64,000 nt of DNA from positions 96,001-160,000 of IMG/VR virus record IMGVR_UViG_3300047558_000077. One strand, written 5' to 3'. Shown here one piece after another: positions 33,552 through 43,245 of this stretch (position 1 is the first letter of the stretch; each line of letters begins with the position of its first letter). The translations under genes were made by a program, and so were the position numbers. The notes below the pieces were generated by a model. It searched no databases. It had not been told where the DNA came from and saw nothing but the letters and a program-made list of their open reading frames with translations. Source of the stretch: a virus.

Positions 33552-36083
33552 TTATCCTATCTTTGTCCCACCGAAATGATCATATGCAGCCCCGCTAGGA
33601 TCATGTGTGTTTCTCATAGCACGTTCTAACGATGGTGTCGGAAACGCTGGGTTGCTTCTTTCCAAAAATTTATCAATATTTACTGTCTGTTGTGGTTTGG
33701 CAGCCGTCGCTGGCTGCATATTGAATGATTGTTTTTGAGGTTCTTTATACATTTGATCTGGTGCCATCATAGCAGGATCTAAGTTTTTCTTATCCACACC
33801 AGGCAATGGTTGACTGTCCTTCGTGAAAGAAGGTGCTAATACACTAGGCGTAAGAGACGGAACAGCAGGAGGTGTTTGTTTTACTTCTTTAGCTGTGAGA
33901 GGCGTCTCCACAAGTGACTCGAAATAATCCTTGGCTTTCTGATAGAAAGACTTTGGTGGCGCTTTTTCAACTTTAGCAGTTTGTGTCTGAGAGGGTTGTG
34001 CAGGTGTTGGCGCAGGTGTTGGTGCCGTAGGCTTTTCTGGCGCTTGAGCTATTCTTGTATCTGTTGATTTAGCTGCAATTTCCGTTCTAGCAGAAACCAA
34101 AGATTCTTTAACTTGCTCTAGTGTATGACTTGCTTTGTTTCCGCCTTTATAATGCGAACGTCCTGTTTTAGGATCAGGCAAAGATGCCCATTCTTCTGAT
34201 AAGTCTAATTGAGCAGCATGAAGATCATTCGACTTACCTGTTAGATAAGCGTTTAGATGTGGTCTATTTTGAATAAGAGCCATTGCTAATCTCTTTTGAG
34301 TATCTTCATTGAAAACTTCATCTTTACTGATACCAGCCAACGCCACGGCTCTTTTCATTGTCTGAGGAATTATTTGAAATCTACCCGCAGCAAAAATCTC
34401 TCTTCCCGATCCTCTTGTGCCTTCTTGCTTTTTCATTATTTCAGCAATAGTTAATTCAGACAGACTTTTGCCACCAAACTTGGCATCGTGAACGCTTCCA
34501 AAACTTTTTCCTGAACCTTTGTTGATTGAATTGTAACCACCCTCACCTTGTCCAATAAGTGATAGAAGACTGTCTACAGGAGATAGATGATCTTTAACTT
34601 CCGATGGCATAACATCAACATCAAAATTAGGTTTTGCATTACCTCGCCCTTTCTTCTTACCTCTGCTATCACCAAGTCCTTCACCTTGTGTGAAGAATCC
34701 TGCTAGATCACCGGCGAAACGCATCATGTCGCCTACTGTTGCTGTTTGAATACTCTTAACTGTTTCTTGTTGTTGAAGATTTGTTTGTGGACCTGGTGCA
34801 TTATCTGGAACAGTTGCCTCATCATTTGTTGTGACTGATCCTGTTGCTGTTTCAGGTCCAGAGGATCCGCCTTTTAAAATGGCATCATGATGGCCCATGA
34901 TACTGTTTTTGATTTCATCATTAGGCGCAAGCGCAGCACCATAACGTAATGCTTCGACCGATTGTTCATTGTGTAGTTTACCATCAGACTGAATGATACC
35001 AAACTTTACTGTACCACCCATAGCACCACCATCATATGAGTTAGCATTGACTTGTCTTAGCTGTGGCTTTTTACCAGAGAATTGTTCAAGCAACCAGAAT
35101 TTGCCATCTTTATCAGGTGTAGTCATAGCAACACCGGCGTGATAACCTGAACCAGTTCTATCACCTCCAGGAAGATTATAGCGCATAGTTGCAACAGTCA
35201 TACCGGGCTTGATTTCACCATCTACAACTGACCAACTATGAGAACGACCAATATTTGGATTGAATGCTTTTGCTAGTGTCGCACACTGTTCTTCGTTCTT
35301 TTGATCATAGAGAGACTTATCTTTTGGAACAACATAGCCAGAACTTGATATCTCATAACTACCACCTGGTGCGGATTCGTTACCGGCTCTATTGCTCATC
35401 TCCGAACCGTAGCCCTCTGCCGTGCCAGCACGATAAGCGGCTGTCGCATCTGTATTAGCTGGTCTCTCAAAGTCTTTGGTGAATCCCATAGATGCATCAC
35501 GGCCATTAGCAAAGTTCTTACCGAGATAAGTTTTCATTTCACCTTCTGTTAAAGCAAAGTCGATTTGCTTTTTCCAGTTTGTTTTCCAATCATCACCGAC
35601 ATAATTCTTCATGGCTGTGAATCGAGAAGCATGGTGTTGAAACAAACCACCAGATGTTCCGCCATCGCCAATAGCACCTGAATTGAAGTTGGATTCATAC
35701 TTCATATTGTTTACTATACCTACAGCATGATTATGATCTACACCTTTCTGTCTTAGATAATCATAAATCTCTCTTGCTCTAACAACATTAGTAACTTTCT
35801 CACCTGTAGCAACATTAGCAGTTCCTTGTGCTTCTCCTGCTCTACTTGTCTTTTCACCACCTGATGTTCCCTTTGATAATGCTCTTTGGAATCCAGCAAC
35901 ATCAGGCTTCGCTTCTCTATAATAACGAGGAAATAACTCGGCAAATTGCTCAGGTGTCAATAATGTGAATGGTGTTCCGCCTTCTTGATACTTTGTCTTA
36001 TTGAAGAGATCAAGACGCTTTGCCGGAGCCATTGTCTTTAGTTTAGAAAAGATATCTGATTGTTTACCTACGTTGAAAGCCAT
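33552..36083 (-). CDS. Baseplate-associated multi-domain peptidoglycan hydrolase
   Basis: Phage tail lysozyme (GIVNNMKYES..GGLFQH..R..FERP); Cys/His amidase-like (EQCA...YHAGV...LEQF); lambda-type lysozyme (GEG.Y...AAGRFQI...EWASLP). Confidence 0.72.
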   Translation of the reverse strand: MAFNVGKQSDIFSKLKTMAPAKRLDLFNKTKYQEGGTPFTLLTPEQFAELFPRYYREAKPDVAGFQRALSKGTSGGEKTSRAGEAQGTANVATGEKVTNVVRAREIYDYLRQKGVDHNHAVGIVNNMKYESNFNSGAIGDGGTSGGLFQHHASRFTAMKNYVGDDWKTNWKKQIDFALTEGEMKTYLGKNFANGRDASMGFTKDFERPANTDATAAYRAGTAEGYGSEMSNRAGNESAPGGSYEISSSGYVVPKDKSLYDQKNEEQCATLAKAFNPNIGRSHSWSVVDGEIKPGMTVATMRYNLPGGDRTGSGYHAGVAMTTPDKDGKFWLLEQFSGKKPQLRQVNANSYDGGAMGGTVKFGIIQSDGKLHNEQSVEALRYGAALAPNDEIKNSIMGHHDAILKGGSSGPETATGSVTTNDEATVPDNAPGPQTNLQQQETVKSIQTATVGDMMRFAGDLAGFFTQGEGLGDSRGKKKGRGNAKPNFDVDVMPSEVKDHLSPVDSLLSLIGQGEGGYNSINKGSGKSFGSVHDAKFGGKSLSELTIAEIMKKQEGTRGSGREIFAAGRFQIIPQTMKRAVALAGISKDEVFNEDTQKRLAMALIQNRPHLNAYLTGKSNDLHAAQLDLSEEWASLPDPKTGRSHYKGGNKASHTLEQVKESLVSARTEIAAKSTDTRIAQAPEKPTAPTPAPTPAQPSQTQTAKVEKAPPKSFYQKAKDYFESLVETPLTAKEVKQTPPAVPSLTPSVLAPSFTKDSQPLPGVDKKNLDPAMMAPDQMYKEPQKQSFNMQPATAAKPQQTVNIDKFLERSNPAFPTPSLERAMRNTHDPSGAAYDHFGGTKIG

Positions 36084-36301
36084 TACATTCTTCTTCTGTT
36101 GATTTGAGACATCATGTTTTTATATTCTTGCTCTTGTTGCTTTGTTAAGTCTTCTTGTTCTCTTAACCACGCATTTAATAACTCAACATATATGTGTTTC
36201 TCCCATGGCATCATTCCGTCTATTTCACCAAGATTCCACTTATGATGATGTATAAGATTGAAGTTAGATTTGATATGGTTAGATAACGTATCATGACCCA
36301 T
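36083..36301 (-). CDS. gp51: Baseplate hub assembly protein (gp51-like)
   Basis: NF.LIHHHKW.L.EID.MMPWE..IYV.LL; follows gp26. Confidence 0.65.
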   Translation of the reverse strand: MGHDTLSNHIKSNFNLIHHHKWNLGEIDGMMPWEKHIYVELLNAWLREQEDLTKQQEQEYKNMMSQINRRRM

Positions 36302-36303
36302 GA

Positions 36304-37026
36304 TTAGGTAAAAAAATCGTAGAACTCTGTATACCTCACATTATGATGAAAACCACATTTTGGGCAATCTGCTTCGATCTTTCCTGCTATTGTTGGAAAC
36401 CTATCTACGTATGCTTCCAGCTTCTTATAGTTTTCTTCTGTCAATCCCTCGACAAAATCCTTTAGTTCATCTTGTGTGTAGTCTTTATATGAGTGCATAC
36501 CACTCTTGTCGTATATGTAATCGATAGAACTGACGATGATATGCGTCTTCTTATCAATATCAGGCAGTTCTTCAATCTTTCTCATGATATCATAATTTGG
36601 ATACCTCATTCTAACACCAGAGGCCGGACCCAATTTGATATCATCAAGCACACCATCAAACTTTACGAGTTCAACGTTACCAATATCTACTTCTGTGACA
36701 AACTTATGGCCGCATGTGCTGTTATCTTCTAATGTGTTGTTACACGTTAAATTGACCGCAGCCGACTCTCCGACAGACTTTGCTCTTAGAAAGATAAAGA
36801 GATAGTCGATATCAAAAAACGGTAACTTTTCTACATCAATATCATCTTGCACACAGTTATTAATAACTTGTTTAACAGTGGCGATGATATCACTTGCGAC
36901 TTTCGACTCAATTGCCATCAACAGTAATTTTTCTTCCTTGACTGTAAATGGTCTAACTTTGACTACTTTGCCGTTTGATGGAATAGTAAAGTCATATGTT
37001 GGCAAATCAATCTTTGGTAAAGGCAT
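36304..37026 (-). CDS. gp26: Baseplate hub subunit
   Basis: LPKI..P.Y...IPS....VRPF.VKEEKLLL; FDIDYLF..LRAKSVGE; CPKCG. Confidence 0.85.
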   Translation of the reverse strand: MPLPKIDLPTYDFTIPSNGKVVKVRPFTVKEEKLLLMAIESKVASDIIATVKQVINNCVQDDIDVEKLPFFDIDYLFIFLRAKSVGESAAVNLTCNNTLEDNSTCGHKFVTEVDIGNVELVKFDGVLDDIKLGPASGVRMRYPNYDIMRKIEELPDIDKKTHIIVSSIDYIYDKSGMHSYKDYTQDELKDFVEGLTEENYKKLEAYVDRFPTIAGKIEADCPKCGFHHNVRYTEFYDFFT

Positions 37027-37038
37027 AATAATACTCCA

Positions 37039-37632
37039 TTATAATAGTTCTGATCTTTCCCAATACTTATATGCAAATGCGACTTGCAGTCTTAGAACAT
37101 CTTGATCTGCCCAGTTGACAGGTTGATCATTGATCAATGTTGGCCAGGCTCTAAGTAACTTCCAGCTATACGAAATAGTTGGAACAGGTCGTGTTGTTGA
37201 ACCTACGTTTGGATTACCCCATTCTGTATACTGATAAATATTGATTTCACTATGATACGTATTTGGGTATCTAAAGTTGAAATTGTTAACTGGGTTTATA
37301 TAATCCATCCAATCGTCAAAGAAACGTCTCTCTTTACTATCAGCACGACATATGAATGTAAGTGATAGTGGTTGATACTCAGTATTCGTTGGTATCATTT
37401 GAGATGGACCATAATCACGTAACGTTGCTAGACTGAATCCACGGCCTGGCAAATCTGCTGTTTCGCAAAGATAATGTAAGTCTTTAGGATAGGTTCTTAT
37501 TGCTTCTGGTGGTCTGATCGATACTATAAATCGACATGCCTTGGACACACTTCCTGCGGCATCTAGAACAGATTTAAATCTGTTTAAGTTTAAGTCTTTA
37601 AGACCATTTTGTTTTACTTGAATCTCTGCCAT
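37039..37632 (-). CDS. gp54: Tail tube-like baseplate-tail tube initiator
   Basis: LCE..LPG; FFDDWM; L..AWP; L.V.FAYKYW tube fold. Confidence 0.6.
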   Translation of the reverse strand: MAEIQVKQNGLKDLNLNRFKSVLDAAGSVSKACRFIVSIRPPEAIRTYPKDLHYLCETADLPGRGFSLATLRDYGPSQMIPTNTEYQPLSLTFICRADSKERRFFDDWMDYINPVNNFNFRYPNTYHSEINIYQYTEWGNPNVGSTTRPVPTISYSWKLLRAWPTLINDQPVNWADQDVLRLQVAFAYKYWERSELL

Positions 37633-37634
37633 TG

Positions 37635-38480
37635 TTAGTATCCGCTGTCTATGTCATACTGGCTAATAACACGCATTTCTCTGAATACCATTGTTAGCTG
37701 CATGTTAGTCGGTGCACCATTTTCAAATGTGCTGAAATCGCCTTGTTGTGCTACGTCAATATCAATTCTTTCTAGAACACATCTACCAATCTTTGGTAAG
37801 TATTGATTTTCAGGAGCATTGCGGCCCTGACCGTTACTTGTGATTGAATGAAATGTAATGATAAACTCAGCAGGCGGAATGAACCATAGACCTGATTGCA
37901 ACTGTGATGCTTGCCCTGATGGGCTTTGAAAAGCACCACCAAACTCTAAAACACTATTCACAAATCCTAATCCTGGAGGTACCGCAGAAATCTCAGGTGA
38001 TGAATACTTTCTTAGCTGCTTTACAATTTCTTTAGCAGTTCTACTTTCTTTCTCTGATTGTGGTGCAAGAAAGAAAGTGAACGTAAATTTACGTAACTCT
38101 GTGTTACCATATAGAACGTCAACCTTGGGGTTAATTGTTCCGTATCCTGCTAGTCTGGCTCCTGTCAAAGCCGCACTTGATATTTTCTCAGCCGCTGCCG
38201 CAATCGCCTCTCCACCCGGAAACATTCTTGTCATGGCACCAACAACACCAACACCTAGCTTTGTTAACTTAACATCGTCATATTCGTGTGCTGCGGTCCA
38301 TGTCAGAGGGCCACCATTCGAGTTACCACCTGGTATGAATAGCATGATTGTTGGTGGGTTTTTAGATGCTGACGCCTTGCTTGGTATAGTTTGTATCTTC
38401 ATAAAGTGTCCTTGCTGACGAGTAGCAAGATCAGAAGGAAATACGAGTGGGCCAATATTAATGTCTGGTAACGTTACCAT
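37635..38480 (-). CDS. gp48: Baseplate tail tube cap
   Basis: INP...LY...ELRKFTFTF.L.P.S..E; CVL..I.V; L.F.E. Confidence 0.75.
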   Translation of the reverse strand: MVTLPDINIGPLVFPSDLATRQQGHFMKIQTIPSKASASKNPPTIMLFIPGGNSNGGPLTWTAAHEYDDVKLTKLGVGVVGAMTRMFPGGEAIAAAAEKISSAALTGARLAGYGTINPKVDVLYGNTELRKFTFTFFLAPQSEKESRTAKEIVKQLRKYSSPEISAVPPGLGFVNSVLEFGGAFQSPSGQASQLQSGLWFIPPAEFIITFHSITSNGQGRNAPENQYLPKIGRCVLERIDIDVAQQGDFSTFENGAPTNMQLTMVFREMRVISQYDIDSGY

Positions 38481-38500
38481 TTATACCTCCGTGCTACATA

Positions 38501-38508
38501 TATTTAGT
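38501..38508 (-). promoter_or_regulatory. T4-type late promoter for the minus-strand baseplate operon
   Basis: ACTAAATA on the minus strand about 20 nt upstream of the gp48 start. Confidence 0.55.
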
Positions 38509-38519
38509 GAGGTATCAGA

Positions 38520-38975
38520 ATGGCAAATAGTTACAAACAAGGTTTTTTTACTCCCAAGTTTCCAAATAAATATATCGGAGATCATAATAACATCGTCTAT
38601 CGATCGGGATGGGAAAAAAGGGTTATGATTTCCTTAGATGAAAACGTTAACGTTATTCGATGGTCGTCAGAGGAAATCATCATACCGTATATCTCTCCTA
38701 TTGATAATCGTCCGCATAGATACTTTGTTGACTTTTATGTAGAAGCCAAGGCACCAGACGGTTCAGTTAAGAAGATGTTGTTAGAGGTTAAACCAGCGGC
38801 ACAGGTTAAACCACCGACTACTTCGAAACGAAAAACAAAACGATACATAACCGAAGTTATGACATATGGTGTAAATGAAGCTAAGTGGAAAGCAGCCAGA
38901 GAGTTTTGCAAAGATAGAGGATGGGAGTTTCGAATAATAACAGAGGCCGAACTATTCAAAAAGAAGACTAAATAA
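38520..38975 (+). CDS. gp4: Head completion nuclease (TnsA-like)
   Basis: KY.GD..NIVYRS.WE; WSSEE..IPY; HRYFVDF; EVKP..Q; N.AKW.AA. Confidence 0.88.
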   Translation: MANSYKQGFFTPKFPNKYIGDHNNIVYRSGWEKRVMISLDENVNVIRWSSEEIIIPYISPIDNRPHRYFVDFYVEAKAPDGSVKKMLLEVKPAAQVKPPTTSKRKTKRYITEVMTYGVNEAKWKAAREFCKDRGWEFRIITEAELFKKKTK

Positions 38976-38979
38976 CTAT

Positions 38980-39510
38980 ATGGCAAAAGATTACACAAAC
39001 GACGAATTAGCCGAATGGTTTAGAGATAAAGCTCTATCCACCAAAAATGCTGGGGTTATTCGTAATAGAATATTAGATGCCTCAGAAAGACAAACTGACG
39101 TATCCGATAATTTTGTCGGCTCTATGTATTTCTTTCGCTATGATCCAAAGCATAAAGCGACACTACCAATGTATGATAAGTATCCGCTTGTTATTGTGAT
39201 TGATCGTTATAATGACGGTTTTCTAGGTTTGAACCTTCATTATCTGACACGAGGTCAGCGAGGTTCTATGGTGAGATTGTTTAATGACTTTTACACTAAG
39301 AGAAAGTTAGTCAATGGAATCATTTCTGGTTCAGCAAAGTCTAACTGGAACTTGATTCAATCAGCCACAACCGGTGTAGAAAGCTATTCAAGAGAATGTG
39401 TCAAGAGATATTTATACAATCACATTCGTAGTCAAATTATCAGAATAAACAAAGACGAATATGATAAAGCAGTCCAGCTACCCATCGATGAATGGGTCAT
39501 TAAAAGGTAA
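38980..39510 (+). CDS. gp2: DNA end protector protein
   Basis: MYFF.YDPK.K.TLP.YD.YPLV; GFLGLNLHYL; KRYL..H; ACTAAATA at 38967. Confidence 0.85.
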   Translation: MAKDYTNDELAEWFRDKALSTKNAGVIRNRILDASERQTDVSDNFVGSMYFFRYDPKHKATLPMYDKYPLVIVIDRYNDGFLGLNLHYLTRGQRGSMVRLFNDFYTKRKLVNGIISGSAKSNWNLIQSATTGVESYSRECVKRYLYNHIRSQIIRINKDEYDKAVQLPIDEWVIKR

Positions 39511-39515
39511 GATTA

Positions 39516-40301
39516 ATGGTAGATGTATCGCCATATTTTGGTAACTTTCCAAAAATACAGTATTCAATCAGTGACGACAAAAACATTAAAGAGTCCGTAA
39601 CGGATATCTTCAAACGCTTTGCCATCCTCAGAGAGATTATGAGCAATGCATCTTCTTATGTTCTATACGAAGTAGAAGACGGAGAGACGCCAGAGATACT
39701 AGCTGAAAAGGTTTATGGTGATGCTGGCGCCGGCTGGATCATTCTATATGCCAATCAGATTATCGATCCACAGTTTGACTGGCCTCTATCCGAAACAAAC
39801 TTTAGGAAATATATCATTTCAAAGTATGGTTCACTGTCCACAGCGCAAACCACATATCATCATTATGAAAAAATCGTCGAAACGACAGTTGGCGATCAGA
39901 CTTATACCAGAACTTATCTGATTAACAAAGAAAGACTTACGGAGAATGCTCCTGATGTCCCTTATACTTACTTTGAACCATATTCCAATAACTTCTTTCT
40001 GACATGCGACACGACTAATGTGACCGCAGATAATGTCTATTTCACCGTAGATCATAACAATCACTACTCATGGAATGACACTTCCGTATCTCAGTATTTT
40101 TCTTATGAAACCCATGATGTAAATGATAAGACGGTATTTTTAAATACATATGGTAAAGCAGTTACTAATTACGACTATGAACTATTACTAAATGACAATA
40201 GAAAGTTTATTAAAGTTATTAAAGCAGCATACTATGCACAGATTATGAGTGAGTTTAAAGCACTAACACTAGGCGATCCAAGATACATAAGGAATTTCTA
40301 A
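39516..40301 (+). CDS. gp53: Baseplate wedge subunit
   Basis: YF..FP.I.Y; GETPE.LA..VYGD...WIIL..N.I.DP..DWP. Confidence 0.85.
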   Translation: MVDVSPYFGNFPKIQYSISDDKNIKESVTDIFKRFAILREIMSNASSYVLYEVEDGETPEILAEKVYGDAGAGWIILYANQIIDPQFDWPLSETNFRKYIISKYGSLSTAQTTYHHYEKIVETTVGDQTYTRTYLINKERLTENAPDVPYTYFEPYSNNFFLTCDTTNVTADNVYFTVDHNNHYSWNDTSVSQYFSYETHDVNDKTVFLNTYGKAVTNYDYELLLNDNRKFIKVIKAAYYAQIMSEFKALTLGDPRYIRNF

Positions 40302-40304
40302 AGT

Positions 40305-41573
40305 ATGGTTGATGAAAATGTAACAGGTCAAAACAGATTCAATCGAATTGACCTGACACAACAAAGTAATGATCCCAAATATCAAGTAACAGCGGCTGTC
40401 AGCATTGACGGAAGATTATTCCAAGATGTTACTCTTAAGGAAGTTATCATTGGCGAAAGTCTATTGAATCCGTCAGCACATGCTGTGGTCACTCTACAGT
40501 CCGCTATGTATTTTCGTCCTCAAGATTGGGATTATTTTAGATGTCGTCCTCTTACAATCACAGTCAGTGATAATAGTAACAATGAAGCCAGGAGAATGAC
40601 TGTTAATCAGGAGGTCTATCGCTGTGACAATAGAAAATTTACAACAACAAATACTGGTTCAGTCGAAGAACTAAGTCTTCACACTATCGATAAATCCATT
40701 CTTCGTGACGCAGAGACAATCTGGGAAAAGTCATGGAAGTGTTCAACACCAGCGCAAGTTGTTAAAGAAGCGTTGCAAAAAATCGGCGCAACGAATGTGA
40801 GAATAGAAAACAACACAGGACCTGGTCGCCCATACGTAGCAGAATCCATTCATCCATTGCAGGTCATTCAGCAACAGGCAAACGTTGCATTGCATAACGG
40901 AACTGATCCATCTTTTCTACACTACATGACGATTGAGGAACAAACTGGACGCAATGTTCATAATTTCTATCCATTAGCAACACTAATGAAGAAAACACCG
41001 TATGACATATTTGCAGCGGATACTGCCGTTAGTGGAGGTGTTGGATTCTCGGACTCTTACGCTAATTCGTTTGCTCCTAAGGCTCTTAGAACGGCTGTCA
41101 CATTTAACTTTCCATGTGATTATGATGTCCTATCTGACATTCTGAATGGTATTGATTGCGGTGGTAAATATCTAAACGATGTTCGAACGTTTAATCTAGC
41201 ATCTGGTGAGTTTAACTCAGCTAAGGGTGCATTGTCACAAGCAGCTAACATCTTTAAGACTCTTACAAATCTAGGCACCGCACAACAGCAAAATAGCTGT
41301 GAAACTAATGTTGAAAAATATCTTCAAATGAGACAAGCAAGAATGGGATTGCTTGACAAGAATAAGATTGCTTTGCGTATTACAGTTCCGTGGTCGCCAT
41401 GGCTACATGTTGGGCAGACAATTAACTTTATCTGGCAGAATAGATATGATCCAACATACAAACAATATGGCTCAGGTAAGTATTTAATTCTACATATGAC
41501 ACATAATATTCAATACGGTGGTTATGCCACAACCACACTCGATTGCATTGCTAATACTTATGGAGGTCAATGA
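40305..41573 (+). CDS. Probable baseplate hub protein (gp27-like)
   Basis: Position between gp53 and gp5; C-terminal L.VG..I....SGKYLI....H. Confidence 0.5.
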   Translation: MVDENVTGQNRFNRIDLTQQSNDPKYQVTAAVSIDGRLFQDVTLKEVIIGESLLNPSAHAVVTLQSAMYFRPQDWDYFRCRPLTITVSDNSNNEARRMTVNQEVYRCDNRKFTTTNTGSVEELSLHTIDKSILRDAETIWEKSWKCSTPAQVVKEALQKIGATNVRIENNTGPGRPYVAESIHPLQVIQQQANVALHNGTDPSFLHYMTIEEQTGRNVHNFYPLATLMKKTPYDIFAADTAVSGGVGFSDSYANSFAPKALRTAVTFNFPCDYDVLSDILNGIDCGGKYLNDVRTFNLASGEFNSAKGALSQAANIFKTLTNLGTAQQQNSCETNVEKYLQMRQARMGLLDKNKIALRITVPWSPWLHVGQTINFIWQNRYDPTYKQYGSGKYLILHMTHNIQYGGYATTTLDCIANTYGGQ

Positions 41574-43234
41574 TGGCAGGTAAGTTTCCGGGACCAGATT
41601 CCAAGTTTCAGGTCTGCGTCGTAACAGATCAAAAGGCAGAAGATCACTCTGGTAATCAGGGCTGCTATTCACCAATTGATCATGGTGAAGGTGTAGAAAT
41701 AGATCATCTTGCTCTCAATCCGATGCTTAGTTCACCAGTTGCATTCCTACAGCAAATCTTTCCAGGTGGACTAGATCCCGGCACATCCGTTGTTACTCTC
41801 AAGCAAGCTGGCGAACTTGGTGGTATTATTCTCGGACAATCTAATACTGTTAAAGGTGGCGGGCAGCCAACATCTGGTAAAAGTCTCGGTTCGGCGCAAA
41901 AAGTCTCACAACTTACTAATACAGAGCGTGAGATTAATATCGCTCCTGACGTTAAAGAAGTAGAAGAAAATGGCGTCAAGATTAGAAAGATCATCGAAAA
42001 AGGTATAGGCCATAAGCTAGACTTGCTTGATGGTCTACCTGTTCACGGTGCATTATTTGACATAGCTGGCTTTAGACTACCAGAAATCAAAAACGTTCCT
42101 ACTGCTAAACAGACTAATGATGCTATGATGTCTGTTCAAAATCTACAGCAAATGATGGGACAGATTATGTCTCTTGGACAAATGATCCAAGGACTAGCTG
42201 GTAATAAAGGCGGAGGTGGTGGAGCAGGCGGCTTTGGTGCTGGTTATACTCCGCCAACTACTGGTGTCTATACACCATATATTCCACCAGGAACCGAAGA
42301 TGGTGCTGGTGGTGGAGAATATGGCGGTGGACTTGGCCCTAATATTGTTCGTGGCTTTGAAGCTGATTCGAATACACCACTACATCAAATTAATGAGGGA
42401 CTAACACCTGCCATGCGCTCGGCAGTTAATAGTCTTAGCGTTCTATTGCAGGGATATGAAGCGCAAGATGGTGTAGCGTTTGTCACTGGCGATGTTGTTC
42501 ACGAAGACACATATCTACAAAATGCTCAGGAATTACTAAGTCAAGTCACATCTCTTGATGATCTAATGTATGTGTTGCATCGTCTACAGTGGGACGATTC
42601 ACTTAAAGGCACAGAGAAACTAGCCAACGTCAAGAATGAAATACAGACAGCTTGGGGTGTCGCTCTACAAGAAATTGACGTGGATGGTAATGTCATTATC
42701 ACTTATGGTGCAGAAGATGCTAATAATGAATTAGACTTTGCCAATACAATGACCAGCAATACGGGTAGTCCTGCATTGGGCTATTTCGATGGTGATAATA
42801 CAACCGACGTTTTCTATTCAATTAACTCTACTGGTGCAAGTCTCGGCTTTGATGCTCAGTCTAATCTACCTGTTGGTCCCGGTGGCCCATCTGGCTCCGG
42901 TTCTGGTAATAACCCTGGTCAAGTCATCGGTCAGGTGCAAGGACTACTAGGCCAAATTCAGGGCCTAGCCCAAGGCATGAACCAGAATATGTTTGGTGAA
43001 GCAGCTGGCACAATGAAAGAAATGTGGAAGCGTATGACACGAGAACAAGAAAATGATGCCAAGAAAATGCACGAGAAATTAAATCAAGCACAAGACACAC
43101 AGAAAATGACTCAGATTGTAGAAAAGACCGTCAAAGGCGGTAAGCCACTATCTACAGAACACTTTGATGAAAGCGCACTGGAAAGTGGTGCTGATATATC
43201 TAATTTCGGTGTATCATTTAATCCAAATCCATAA
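41570..43234 (+). CDS. Baseplate protein, possibly the N-terminal part of a split gp5
   Basis: Position; divergent OB-fold-like start; Gly-rich linkers. Confidence 0.4.
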   Translation: MMAGKFPGPDSKFQVCVVTDQKAEDHSGNQGCYSPIDHGEGVEIDHLALNPMLSSPVAFLQQIFPGGLDPGTSVVTLKQAGELGGIILGQSNTVKGGGQPTSGKSLGSAQKVSQLTNTEREINIAPDVKEVEENGVKIRKIIEKGIGHKLDLLDGLPVHGALFDIAGFRLPEIKNVPTAKQTNDAMMSVQNLQQMMGQIMSLGQMIQGLAGNKGGGGGAGGFGAGYTPPTTGVYTPYIPPGTEDGAGGGEYGGGLGPNIVRGFEADSNTPLHQINEGLTPAMRSAVNSLSVLLQGYEAQDGVAFVTGDVVHEDTYLQNAQELLSQVTSLDDLMYVLHRLQWDDSLKGTEKLANVKNEIQTAWGVALQEIDVDGNVIITYGAEDANNELDFANTMTSNTGSPALGYFDGDNTTDVFYSINSTGASLGFDAQSNLPVGPGGPSGSGSGNNPGQVIGQVQGLLGQIQGLAQGMNQNMFGEAAGTMKEMWKRMTREQENDAKKMHEKLNQAQDTQKMTQIVEKTVKGGKPLSTEHFDESALESGADISNFGVSFNPNP

Positions 43235-43245
43235 GGGAATAGAAT

